A stretch of DNA of 20,883 nt, from positions 5,863,086-5,883,968 of the forward strand of contig NC_057720.1 in assembly GCF_004010195.1 (NCBI RefSeq). Reading direction: 5' to 3'. Shown here piece after piece: positions 1-10,170 of this stretch (position 1 is the first letter of the stretch; each line of letters begins with the position of its first letter). The translations under genes were made by a program, and so were the position numbers. The notes below the pieces were generated by a model, which made no database searches, was not told the origin of the DNA, and saw only the letters and a list, made by a program, of their open reading frames with translations. Source of the stretch: Chiloscyllium plagiosum. Taxonomy: Eukaryota.

Positions 1-9
1 GTGAGTCTA

Positions 10-808
10 ATGCTGTTGCAGGCAGGGCGTTCCCACGCCCCTACTACTCTCTGAGTAAAGAAACTACCTCTGACATCTGTCCTATATCTATCAGCCCTCA
101 ATTTAAAGCTATGTCCCCTCATGCTAGCCATCACCATCCAAGGAAAAAGGCTCTCACTGTCCACCCTATCTAACCCACTGATTATCTTATATCTCTCAAT
201 TAAGTCACCTCTCAACCTTCTCTCGAACAAAAACAGCCTCAAGCCTCTCAGCCTTTCCTCATAAGACCTTTCCTCCATACCAGACAACATTCTAGTAGAT
301 TTCCTTTGAACCCTTTCCAAAGCTTCCCCATCCTTTCTGAGAATGCGGTGACCAGAACTGCACACAATACTCCAAGTGCGGTTGCACCAGAGTTTTGTAC
401 AGCTGCAGCATGGCCTCATGTCTCCAAAGCTCATTGCCTGTACCAATAAAAGCCAACACAGTGTACGCCTTCTTAACAACCCTATCAATTTGGGTGGCAA
501 CTTTCAGGGATCTATGTACATGGACACCGAGATCTCTCTGCTCATCGACACTACCAAGAATCTTACCATTTGCCCAGTCCTCTGCATTCCTGTTGCTCCT
601 TCTAAAGTAAATCATCTCACACTTTTTCACATTGAACTCCATTTGCCACCTCTCAGCCCAGCTCTGCAGCTTATCTATGTCCCTCTGTAACCTGCAACAT
701 CCTTCAGCAATATCCACAACTCCACGACCTTAGTGTCATCTGCAAATTTGCTAACTCATCCTTTTACGCCCTCATCTAGGTCATTTATAAAAATGACAAA
801 CAGCAGTG
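10..808 (-). mobile_element. CR1-clade LINE, 3' part of ORF2 (RT C-terminus); continues at 1872
   Basis: ORF 292-717 has LQRDIDKLQSWAERWQMEFNVKKC, RDLGVHVH and PHLEYCVQFWSP, typical of CR1 ORF2. Frameshifted. Joining 808 to 1879 restores GSVLGPLLFVIF. Confidence 0.93.
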
Positions 809-1871
809 AGGGGTAGATCTTGCCTTACAAGTCTTATTGAATTCTTTGAGGAGGTGACCAAGCATGTGGATGAGGGCAGAGCAGTGGATGTAGTATACAT
901 GGATTTTAGTAAGGCATTTGATAAGGTTCCCCATGGTAGGCTTATGCGGAAAGTCAGGAGGCATGGGATAGTGGGAAATTTGGCCAATTGGATAGAAAAC
1001 TGGCTAACCGGTCGAAGTCAGAGAGTGGTGGTAGATGGTAAATATTCAGCCTGGAGCCCAGTTACAAGTGGAGTTCCGCAAGGATCAGTTCTGGGTCCTC
1101 TGCTGTTTGTAATCTTTATTAATGGCTTGGAAGAGGGAGTTGAAGAGTGGGTCAGTAAATTTGCAGACGATGCAAAGATTGGTGGAGTTATGGATAGTGA
1201 GGAGAGCTGTTGTCAGCTGCAAAGGGACTTAGAAATGATGCAGAGCTGGGCTGATGAATGGCAGATGGAGTTCAACCCTGCCAAGTGTGAGGTTGTCCAT
1301 TTTGGAAGGACAAATAAGAATGCGGAATACAGGGTTAACGGTAGGGTTCTTAGTAAGGTGGAGGAGCAGAGGGATCTTGGGGTCTATGTACATAGATCNN
1401 NNNNNNNNNNNNNNNNNNNNNNNNNNNNNNNNNNNNNNNNNNNNNNNNNNNNNNNNNNNNNNNNNNNNNNNNNNNNNNNNNNNNNNNNNNNNNNNNNNNN
1501 NNNNNNNNNNNNNNNNNNNNNNNNGAAGGATGAGGGGTGACTTGATCGAGGTTTATAAGATGATCAGAGGAATAGGTAGAGTAGACAGTCAGAAACTTTT
1601 TCCCCGGGTGCAACAGAGTGTTACAAGGGGACATAAATTTAAGGTGAAGGGTGGAAGGTATAGGGGAGATGTCAGGGGTGGGTTCTTTACCCAGAGAGTG
1701 GTGGGGGCATGGAATGCGCTGCCTGTGGGAGTGGCAGAGTCAGAATCATTGGTGACCTTTAAGCGGCAATTGGATAGGTACATGAATAGGTGCTTAAGCT
1801 AGGACAAATGTTTGGCACAACATCGTGGGCCGAAGGGCCTGTTCTGTGCTGTATTGTTCTATGTTCTATGT
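809..1871 (+). mobile_element. Young 5'-truncated CR1 LINE inserted antisense into the older CR1
   Basis: Open RT frame (YMDFSKAFDKV, GVPQGSVLGPLLF, KFADD) and C-terminus FFTQRVVGAWNALP. (ATGTTCT)n tail at ~1854-1871. TSD AGCAGTG at 802-808 and 1872-1878. Confidence 0.95.
1399..1524. other. Assembly gap (126 N)
   Basis: Run of N inside the young CR1. Confidence 0.99.
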
Positions 1872-3640
1872 AGCAGTGGACCCAAAACAGATCCGTGTGG
1901 TACACTGCAAGTAACTGAACTCCAGGATGAACATTTCCCATCAACCACCATCCTCTATCTTCTTACAGTTAGCCAATTTCTGATCAAAACTGCAAAATCA
2001 CCCTCAAACCCATGTCTACCGTGGGGAAACTTGTCAAATCCCTTACTGAGCTCCATATACACCACATCAACCATTTTACACTCATTCACCTGTTTGGTCA
2101 CCATCTCAGAGAACTCAATAAAGTTTGTGAGGCATGACCTACCCTTCACAAAACCATGTTGACTATCACTAATCAAATTATTCCTCTCTAGATGATTTTA
2201 AATCCTATCTCTTATAACCTTATCCAACATTTTACCCACAACTGAAGTAAGGCTCACTGGTCTATAATTACCAGGGTTGTCCTGACTCCCCTTCTTGAAC
2301 AAGGGGACAACATTTGCTATCCTCCAGTCTTCTGGCACTATTCCTGTAGACAATGACAACATAAAGATCAAAGCCAAAGGCTTTGCAATCTTCTCCCTGG
2401 TTACCCAGAGAATCCTCAAATAAATCCCATCTGGCTCAGGGGACTTATCTATTTTCACACTTTCCAGAATTGCTAACACCTCCTCCTTGTGAACCTCAAT
2501 CCAATCTAGTCTGGTAGACTGTATCTCAGTATTCTCCTCAACAACATTGTCTTTTTCCAGTGTGAATACTGATGAAAAATATTCATTTATCGCTTCCCCA
2601 ATCTCCTCATGCTCCACGAACAACTTCCCACTACTATTGCCCCTAATCTTTCTTCAGTCATTCTTTTATTGCTGATATACCTATAGAAGCCTTCTTCTTT
2701 CTCTTGACAAGAGATTCAACTTCTTTAGTAAACCATGGTTCCCTCACTCGACCACTTCCTCCCTGTCTGACAGGTACATACTTATCAAGGACACGCAGTA
2801 GCTGTTTCTTGAATAAGCTCTACATTTCAATTGTGCCCATCCCTGCAGTTTCCTATCCCATACAATGCATCCTAAATCTTGTCTAATCACATCATAATTG
2901 CCTTTCCCCCAGGAATAATGCCTGCCCTGTGTTATATACCGATCCCTTTCCATCGTTAAAGTAAATGTATCCGAATTGTCGTCTCTATCACCAAAGTGCT
3001 CACCTATCTCCAAATCTAACACCTGGCCAGGTTCATTACCCAGTACCAAATCCAATGTGGCCTCACCCCTCATTGGCTTGTGTACACACTGTGTAGGGAG
3101 ACCATCCTGCACACATTGGACAAAAACTGACCCATCTAAGTACTTGAATTATAGTAATCACAATCAATATTTGGAAAATTAAAGTCCCCGTAATAATTAG
3201 CCTGTTACTCTCGCTCCTATCCAGAATCATCTTTGCTAACCTTTCCTCTACATCTGTGGAACTATTCGGAGGCCTATAGAAAACTCTCAACAGGGTGACC
3301 TCTCCTTTTATGTTTCTAATCTCAGCCCATGCTACCTCAGTAGACATGTCCTCAAACATCCTTTCTGCCACCGCTGTATTGTCTTTGACTAACAATGCCA
3401 CACCTCCCCCTCTTTTACCACCTTCTCTGATCTTACTGAAACATTTAAATCCCAGAATCTGCAACAACCATTCCTGCCCCTGCTTTATCCATGTCTCTGA
3501 AATGGCCACAACATTGAAGTCTCAGGTACAAACCCATATTGCAAGTTCACCCACATTATTCCGGATGCTCCTGAATTTGAAGTAGACACACTTCAAACCA
3601 CCTTCCTGTTTGCCGATGTACTCTTGCGTCCTTGAAACCT
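1872..3640 (-). mobile_element. CR1 LINE ORF2 5' part: APE endonuclease, linker and RT N-terminus (degenerate)
   Basis: AISETW, GGGVALLVK, FYRPPNS (3063-3509); LDLVLGNEP (2744-3112); DWRIANVVPLFKKG, NYRPVSLTSVVGK (2198-2623); QHGFVKGRSCLTN (1955-2176). Multiple frameshifts and deletions. Confidence 0.93.
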
Positions 3641-4306
3641 AGCGTTGTAGAACAGAGACCTCGGTGTTCAGGTTTATAATTCTTTGAAGTTTGCATCACA
3701 TATAGACAGGGTGGTTAACAAGACATTTAGCATGTTTGCCTTCCTTGCTCAGACCTTTGAGTGTAGGAGTTGGGATGTTATGCTGAGGCTGTACAGGATA
3801 TTGGTGAGGCCTCTTCTGGAACACTGCACTCAGTTCGGTTCTCCCTGTTACAGGAAGGATATTATTAAGCTGGAGAGGGTTCAGAAAAGATTTCCCAGGA
3901 TGTTGGCAGGGCTTGAGTTATAAAGAGAGGCTGGGACTTCATTCATTAGAGCATTGGAGTTTGAGAGGTGAACTTATAGAGATTTATAAAATCATGAGGG
4001 GTACAGATAAGATGAATGGCGGGGGGGCGGGGGGATTGGAGTATTTTTTAAGGTGAGAGGAGAAAGATTTTAAAAAGACACGATGGGCAATTTTTTTGCA
4101 TGGAGTGTGGTTTGTGTTTGAAATGAACTTCCAGAGAAAGTGATGGATGCAGGTAAAGTTACAATGTTTAGAAGACATTTAGATGAATAAGAAATATTTG
4201 GAAGGGTTTGGGCAGATGGGACTAGTTTAGTTTGGAACTAGTTTAGTCTAGCATGAACTGTTTGGACCAAAAGGTCTGTTTTGGTGCTGTGTGACTCTAT
4301 GACTCA
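3641..4306 (+). mobile_element. CR1 LINE 3' fragment (different subfamily)
   Basis: LYRILVRPLLEHCTQF..LERVQKRF (3684-3923). Ends in a GACTCTATGACTC tail at ~4293-4305. Confidence 0.9.
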
Positions 4307-4319
4307 TTGTAAGAATGAT

Positions 4320-4421
4320 ATGGAGGTGCTAGTGTTAAACTGGGGTGGGCAAAGTTAAAAATCACACAACACCAGGTTATAGTTGACAAGGATACCTAAT
4401 GAAGGAGCAGCGCTCTGCAAG
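4320..4421. mobile_element. Short PLE terminal-repeat fragment with decayed hammerhead-like motif
   Basis: AAAGTTAAAAATCACACAACACCAGGTTATAG resembles a shark PLE terminus (recognised from memory). CCTAATGAAGGAGCAGCGCTCTGCAAG at 4395-4421 looks like a mutated CTGATGA-stem-GAAA. Confidence 0.5.
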
Positions 4422-4446
4422 ATATAGGGAACATAGGGATATAGGA

Positions 4447-4563
4447 TTGCAGATGCTGGAAATCAGAGTTTGGATTAGAGTCGTGCTGGAAAAGCACAGC
4501 AGGTCAGGCAGCATCCGAGGAGCAGGAGAATCGATGTTTCAGGCATAAGCCCTTCATCAGGAA
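4447..4563 (-). mobile_element. Neptune-like PLE pseudo-LTR fragment
   Basis: Homologous to 9311-9427 and 20623-20715 (TGCAGATGCTGGA..GCACAGCAGGTCAGGCAGCATCC). Hammerhead remnant at 4529-4563 with CpG decay. Confidence 0.88.
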
Positions 4564-5078
4564 CCACCCATCTAGCCTAGTTGTGAACGTTAGACATTGG
4601 TTTGAGATTTCCCCTTTGAAAACTAATTGCATTTGACTTGTAATGTCACCAGAGGTAAAGTGTAAATTTGGTCTCGGAGGAAGACAGTATTAAATCTTCA
4701 GTTGCCACCAGTTAGAAATGATTGTATTTTGGATTCAAAATGAAGAAGATTCATTGAGTATATTTCTTTCTCCTTTATGTGTTATGATTAATCGACTGAT
4801 AGAATGATACATCGGCACTTATATTCAGTGCAACAGTAACGTGCAGTACCCTAGATTCATGTAATAAATATCTCCTGGCCTTTTACATATATTAAAACAA
4901 TATAACACGGGGGAACTATCTCAAATTCACTTCCAACGGCAGCGTTCTATGTGGAACTGGCCAAGTGTAACATCCATTGGTCAGAATCTTAAATGGTCAG
5001 CTCATCTACACTGTGGCTACAAGTGCAGCTGGGAATTCTGTCTTCCCAAGGCCTCTCGCTATCCCCATGACAACTGTG

Positions 5079-5205
5079 GGAAGGTGGTGACGTAATGGTC
5101 AGATCACTGCAGTCTCAAAATCCAGAGACCCAACTTGATGTTCTGGAATGTGGCTTTGAATCCCATTATGGCTGGTGGTGAAACTCAGTAGAAATCTGGA
5201 ATAAT
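5079..5205 (+). mobile_element. tRNA-derived SINE, 5' part (continues at ~5886-5920 and ~6930-7127)
   Basis: Degenerate A/B boxes (GGTGACGTAATGG; TTTGAATCC) then AAATCTGGAAT. Homologous in reverse to 7262-7560 and 11820-12055. Confidence 0.6.
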
Positions 5206-5349
5206 AATAACGAAGAGCTGGTCATCATGGGTCTGGTGGTAAGGTGTGTTTAAGGCCCAAACACTACATCACAGTAATGTTTCCCTAACCAAAATAAAGT
5301 GGAAGAGTCAGAGAGATGAACTATTGCAAAATTTGTTTGAAGCAGAAAG

Positions 5350-5538
5350 ATGGTTAGGGCAGTCACTTGTTCCTCCCGCAGGATGTGGGCACTCAGAGAG
5401 CTGACCATTGTCCCTGATGACTACACCTATGTGATGTGCAACCAGCTGCAGCTCCTGGGAGACCGTGATAGGGAGCTGGACGTGGAGGTCCAGGATGCTG
5501 AGCACTTCATAGATATGAGTTTTAGTGAGGTGGCTACA
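5350..5538 (+). mobile_element. CR1 ORF1 N-terminal fragment (zinc finger/leucine zipper region)
   Basis: AVTCSSRRMW..VPDDYTYVMCNQLQLLGDRDRELDVEV matches the CxxC..CxxC + zipper N-terminus of CR1 ORF1, with two Cys lost. Confidence 0.72.
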
Positions 5539-5880
5539 GGGGGGACATGGTGGCTCAGTGGTTAGCACTGCTGCCTCACAGTGCCAGGGACCCGGGTTTG
5601 CTTCCAGCCTCGGGTGATTGGCTGTGTGGAGTTTTTACATTCTCCCTGTGTCTGTGTGGGTTTCTTCCGGGTGCTCTGGTTTCCTCCCACAATCCAAAGA
5701 TGTGCAGGTCAGGTGAATTATCTATGCTAAATTGCCCAAAGTGTTCAAGGATGTGTAGGTTAGGTGCATTGGTTAGGGGTGAATGTAGGGGAATGGGTCT
5801 GGGTGCAATACTCTTCCAAGGGTTGGTGTGGACTTGTCAGGCTGAATGGCCTGTTTCCACACTAGATGGATTCTATGAAT
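5539..5880 (+). mobile_element. HE1-type (V-SINE) elasmobranch SINE, full length
   Basis: A box TGGCTCAGTGG 5551-5561 and B box GGTTTGCTTCC 5595-5605. V-domain-like core TGTGGGTTTCTTCCGGGTGCTCTGGTTTCCTCCCAC. CR1-like tail ending GGATTCTATGA. Confidence 0.9.
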
Positions 5881-5918
5881 AAACGACAGCCTCAGTGGTG
5901 ATCATGCAACCTTTACAA

Positions 5919-6930
5919 TTTTTTAAAAATTCAGTCATGGGATGTGGACGTCACTGGCTAGCCTGCATTTCTGTTGCCCCTTGAGAGATGGGGGGTGAGC
6001 TGCCGTCTTGAACCCCTGCAGTTCACCTGCTGTGGGTAGACCCACAATGCCCTTAGGGAGGAAATTCCAGGCTTTTGACCCAGTGACAGTGAAGAAATAA
6101 TGATATATTTCCAAGTCAGGATGGGGAGTGCCTGGGAGGGGAACTTGAGGGAGGTGGTGCTCCCATGTACCTGCTGCCGTTGTCCTAGTTGGTGGTTACG
6201 GGTTTGGAAAGTGTTTTCTGAGGATTCTTTGTGAATTTCTTCAAGTGCATCTTGTAGATAATACACACTGCTGCTACTGAGAATTGGTGGTGGAGGGAGT
6301 AGATGTGGTAAAAACAAGGACTGCAGATGTTGGAAACCAGAGTCTAGATGAGAGTGGTGCTTGAAAAGCACAGCAGTTCAGGCAACATCTGAGGAGCAGG
6401 AAAATCGTTGTTTCGGGCAAAAGCCTGAAAGCTGTGCTTTTCCAGCACCACTCTAGTCTAGGAGTGGATGTGGTTCCAATCGGATGGGCTGCTTTCATTG
6501 GGATGGTGTCAAACTTTCTGAGAGCTGTTGGAGCTGCACCCATCCTGGCAAATAGGGAGTATTCCATGATATTCCTGACTTGTGTTTTGTAACTAATGGA
6601 CAGGCTTCGGAAGTCAGGAGGTGCTGCAGTATTCCTAGGCTCTGATCTAACCTCTTGTAGTCACATTGTTTATGTGGTGAGTCCAGTTAGGTTTCTGGTC
6701 AATGACAACCCCCAGGATGTTGAAAGTGGGGGATTCAGTGATGGTAACACCATTGAATGTCAAGAGTGGGGAGTTTAGATTGTCTCTTATTGGAGATGGC
6801 CATTGCCTGGCATTTGTGTGCTGCAAATGTTACTTGTCATTTGTCAGCTCAAGCCTGGATATTGTCCAGGTCTTGGGTTTGAACATGGACTGCTTCAGAG
6901 TCTGAGGAGTCGTGAATGGTGCTGAATGTT
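5919..6930 (-). mobile_element. L2-clade LINE 3' fragment, interrupted by a mini-PLE
   Basis: Poly-T start, then a tail shared with the SINE at 7060-7127. Degenerate ORF2 C-terminus MEYSLFARMGAAPTALRKFDTI. Homologous to 7565-7945. Confidence 0.8.
6310..6460 (-). mobile_element. 151-bp Neptune-like PLE terminus with inverted end
   Basis: 6310-~6426 matches the pLTR; 6431-6460 is an imperfect reverse complement of ~6345-6374. TSD GGAGT(A/G)GATGTGGT at 6296-6309 and 6461-6474. Confidence 0.87.
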
Positions 6931-7127
6931 GTTGAAAAGAGCCATCTGATTCGCTAATGTCCTTAAGGGAAGGAAATCTGCCATCTTTACCTGGTTTGGC
7001 CTACATGTGACTCCAGACCCACAGCGATGTAGTTGATTGTTAACTGCTCTCTGGGGCAATTAAGGATGGGCAATAAATGCTGGCCCAGCCAGTGATGGCC
7101 TCACCCTGTGAATGAATAAAGAGAAAA
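6930..7127 (+). mobile_element. tRNA-SINE 3' half with L2-type tail
   Basis: GGGAAGGAAATCTGCC..CCTACATGTGACTCCAG..GGGCAATAAATGCTGGCC..GAATGAATAAAG. Reverse copies at 7262-7560 and 11820-12055. Confidence 0.8.
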
Positions 7128-7144
7128 CATACGTTCGAACTGTG

Positions 7145-7945
7145 ATAAAATACTCAGTACTTGCCTGCATGATTACAGATCTAACAACATTGAAGAAACT
7201 TCATACCATCCAAGGGTAAACAACCACTTAGTCAACAGTTATTTAACTAGTTTTAAAAAAAAAACATATTCATTGGATAGAGACATTGTTGGCTGGGCCA
7301 GAATTTATTGCCCACCCCTAATTGCCTAGAGGTTGGTTAACAGAACCACATTGCTAAGGATCTGAAGTCACATGTAGGTTAGACCAGGTAAGGATGGCAG
7401 TTTCCTTCCTTAAAGGGTATTAATGAACGGGATGGGTTTTGATGGCAATCAAGAATGGTTACGTAATTGCCATAGGTATAGCATTTTATTCCAGATACTT
7501 ATTGATTTCGTATTTAACTTTTCTCCACGGTTCGATTTGAACACCATCTCCATTGGACATTTTAAACATTAATTCCCTTCACCACCAAAGCACCATGGCA
7601 GCAGTATGTTCAACTTGCAAGTTCACGGGAGAAACTCACTGGGTATTCTTCAACAACACCTTCCAAATCTATGGACTCTAAAATCTAGAAGGGTAAGGAC
7701 AGCAGATACATGGGAGCACCACAACCCATGTGTTTCCATCCAAGCCACTCACCATCCTGACCTGGGCCTGGAAATATTGCACTGTTCCTGGGTCAAAATA
7801 CTGGAAATCACTTCTCTGACAAAAGCCATACACTACATGGACAGCAGTGGATCCAGAAAGTGGCTCATCACTACCTTCCCAAGGCCAGTTAGCAATGGAC
7901 AATAAATCGTGGCCTTGCCAATGAAATTGACATCCCCATAAATGC
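7145..7945 (+). mobile_element. Old L2 3' fragment split by an antisense SINE
   Basis: 7145-7215 and 7565-7945 are homologous to the reverse complement of 5919-6570. Tail GGACAATAAATCGTGGCCTTGCC. Confidence 0.72.
7262..7560 (-). mobile_element. tRNA-SINE with L2-type tail
   Basis: Reverse-complement similarity to 6930-7127 (TTTATTGCCCA, AGTCACATGTAGG, GGCAGTTTCCTTCC). Confidence 0.78.
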
Positions 7946-8184
7946 AATATTGGTTTCAATGGCATTTCATGACATTTTCTTGTCAGAAAGAAAATCAAAG
8001 TGACTGAAAAATACAGAATAAGATTGACCTTTTTTCTCGTGAAAGGGAAAGGCAGATACTTAAATTGAAAAAATATACTTGACAAATCTGTGAACAACAC
8101 TGTAGGTTAAATGAGGAGCCTAGTGTTTGATGCATTTCAGGGTCATCTATATATAGGCTTTTCAGCTTGCTTTCTGGTCCGCAG

Positions 8185-8516
8185 GGTGTTGGAAAGCATC
8201 TTGTCTTCAAATAGTAGTCATGACCCAGTGGAATATAGAAACAGGAACTGTGCTCCCAGTTGTCGAAAAGATCGATGGTTTGCATATGGCAGAACACAAG
8301 TGGTGTTGGGCAGAGTCCCAGAGAAACTGGAAGGAAGTTTGGCTAATGCATATCAGTATTATGCTAAAGGCTGTGGCACAGCCTATTGTTTGTTAAGTGG
8401 CAGCTATAACATGGCTTCCACTACACAACTAGGAACCTTAATCTATCTTCCTCCTGACCTTCAGTGCCTATTAATCAATCAGTGGGTGTTGTGTAGAAGC
8501 AGAACAATATTCAGGG
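8185..8516 (+). CDS. Candidate internal coding exon of an unidentified host gene (332 nt, phase 2 to phase 1)
   Basis: Longest ORF with no repeat similarity. Acceptor TTGCTTTCTGGTCCGCAG ends at 8184; donor GGG|GTGAGA starts at 8517; the frame closes 17 nt after the donor. Peptide VLESILSSNSSHDPVEY..LINQWVLCRSRTIFR. Confidence 0.6.
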
Positions 8517-8714
8517 GTGAGAAACAACCCTGAAGCAAATGAACTTAGTTTCCTTAAACTGTCGGGAAAAGCATTCAGCTACATTGTTATAGACTTCCAG
8601 CTTGCTTTTAGATCTATATAATACCACACAGTGTTAGGATGCAGTCACAGTTTATCATTGCTAGTGGCTATAGTTTGAGACAATGAGGTTAGATTATTGC
8701 TGACATAGAAGGTA

Positions 8715-9017
8715 ATAAAATCACGAGGGGCATGGAAAGGGTGAATAGCCAAGGTCTTTTCCCCAGGATAGGAGAGTCCAAAACTAGAGGGCATAGGTTT
8801 AGGGTGAGAGGGGAAAGATTTAAAAGGGATCTAAGAGGCATCTTTTTCATGCAGAAGGTGGTGCGTGTATGGAATGAGCTGCCAGAAGATGTGGTGGAGG
8901 CTGGTACAATTGCAACATGTAAAAGACATCTGGATGGGGACATGAATAGGAAGGGTTTAGAGGGATATTGGCCGGATGCTGGCAAATGGGACTAGATTAG
9001 GTTAAGATATCTGGTTG
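8715..9017 (+). mobile_element. CR1 3' fragment; its tail resumes at 11707-11773
   Basis: GLFPRIGESKTRGHRF..FFMQKVVRVWNELP. The 3' UTR is interrupted at TAAGATATCTGGTTG. Confidence 0.9.
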
Positions 9018-9071
9018 AAACTTTATTGCTGGAACAGCACAGCAGGTCAGGCAGCATCCAGGGAACAGGAG

Positions 9072-9107
9072 ATTCGACGTTTCGGGCACAGGCCCTTCTT
9101 CAGGAAT
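9072..9107 (-). ncRNA. Minimal type I hammerhead ribozyme motif
   Basis: AUUC-CUGAAGA-A-GGGC(CUGU)GCCC-GAA-ACGU-C^GAAU; helix I is AUUC/GAAU. Confidence 0.8.
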
Positions 9108-9391
9108 GAGCAGAGAGTGTTCAGCAGGAGAAGATAAAAGGTAGGGAGGAGGGACTTGGAGGAGGGGAGTTGGCAGAGGAGATGACCTGGGGTGTGCAGT
9201 GAGAGAGGGACTCACTGAAATCTTTGTAGAGAGAGGCAGAGAGCTTCTTCAAGGAAGGCATCCTTGTAAGAGGATTCGCAGTAGGTTGAAATCTTCGAGG
9301 AGAAAGTGAGGTCTGCAGATGCTGGAGATCAAAGTTGAAACTTTATTGCTGGAACAGCACAGCAGGTCAGGCAGCATCCAGGGAACAGGAG

Positions 9392-9427
9392 ATTCGACGT
9401 TTCGGGCACAGGCCCTTCTTCAGGAAT
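9392..9427 (-). ncRNA. Minimal type I hammerhead ribozyme motif
   Basis: Identical to 9072-9107. Confidence 0.8.
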
Positions 9428-9724
9428 GAGCAGAGAGTGTTCAGCAGGAGAAGATAAAAGGTAGGGAGGAGGGACTTGGAGGAGGGGCGTTGGAAATGTG
9501 ATAGGTGGAAAGAGGTCAAGGTGAGGGTGATAGGTCGGAGTTTGAAGCTGCATTAATAGCCATAAAGCAGCTCTTTGGAGGCCCTGTAGTAATCTTGGCT
9601 CTATCCATTTTGTCAGAAGTAACTTCCCTATTGAAGGCCCAGCTCACTGCTTCTCAGAATTGGTACACAAAATCTCAGTTCCATATTTCATCTGAATAAT
9701 GCAACATTAATGTGCTTACAAGGT

Positions 9725-9960
9725 ATAAGAACACAAAACTATAAGTACTAGGCGCAAGTGTAGACAGTTCAGTCCTTCAACACTGCTCTGTTATTCTATA
9801 TGATCATGGCTCATGTCATTTCAGCCTCAACTTCACTTTCGTGTTCATCCTTCAACCTGTTACTAATTAAAATTTGTCTATCTCCTCCTTCGGAGATTCC
9901 AGATTCACAAGCCTTTGAAGGAAATAATTTCTCCTTATATCTTATTGGATCTTAATCTGA
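9725..9960 (-). mobile_element. Ancient CR1-type 3' end
   Basis: Diverged similarity to 20385-20622 and 14620-14890 (TTCAGTCCTTCAA..ATGATCATGGCT). Confidence 0.6.
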
Positions 9961-10110
9961 AACAGCATTCCTACTGTTAGATCATCAGTTTTCTTCTTTG
10001 CACTGGAGTGTGGGGATGCTTTTTGCTGTCAAGAGTGAATCAAAAAGAGATTGTAGTTTGGTTTTATTATTCTATAATTTGATATCAGAAACCACAGATT
10101 TTCTTTGCAG

Positions 10111-10170
10111 CTGACAATAAAATGATGGGTAAAGGAAGGTATTCTACTCTTGGAGGAGAGTTCCGGAAGG
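10111..10170 (+). CDS. Candidate 60-nt symmetric (phase 1-1) exon
   Basis: Acceptor TTTTCTTTGCAG ends at 10110; donor AGG|GTAATA starts at 10171. Reads (A)DNKMMGKGRYSTLGGEFRK(G), in frame after 8185-8516. Confidence 0.4.

Larger units (their letters stand above)
9018..9541 (-). mobile_element. Neptune-like PLE: pLTR, putative ORF start, partial pLTR (tandem)
   Basis: 9014-9167 and 9334-9487 are an identical direct repeat (period 320). 9297-9541 is the exact reverse complement of 11462-11706. The spacer encodes MPSLKKLSASLYKDFSESLSHCTPQVISSA from ATG at 9261. Confidence 0.92.

Noticed and set aside
3600..3680. Head-to-head CR1 junction as a twin-priming inversion
   Set aside because: Both arms contain the same 3' ORF2 region and are clearly diverged, so they are independent copies.
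292..3923. RT and endonuclease ORFs as functional genes or a prokaryotic retron/DGR
   Set aside because: Motifs are CR1 ORF2, fragmented or 5'-truncated, in a vertebrate repeat context.
4018..4035. G-rich run
   Set aside because: Short low-complexity patch inside a decayed CR1.
5547..5882. 111-aa ORF or a tRNA gene
   Set aside because: It is the HE1-type SINE; the A/B boxes are tRNA-derived but no cloverleaf is evident.
9014..9487. Direct repeats as a CRISPR array or retroviral LTR pair
   Set aside because: Two 154-nt units with no spacer series, TG..CA ends or PBS; explained by the PLE pLTR tandem.
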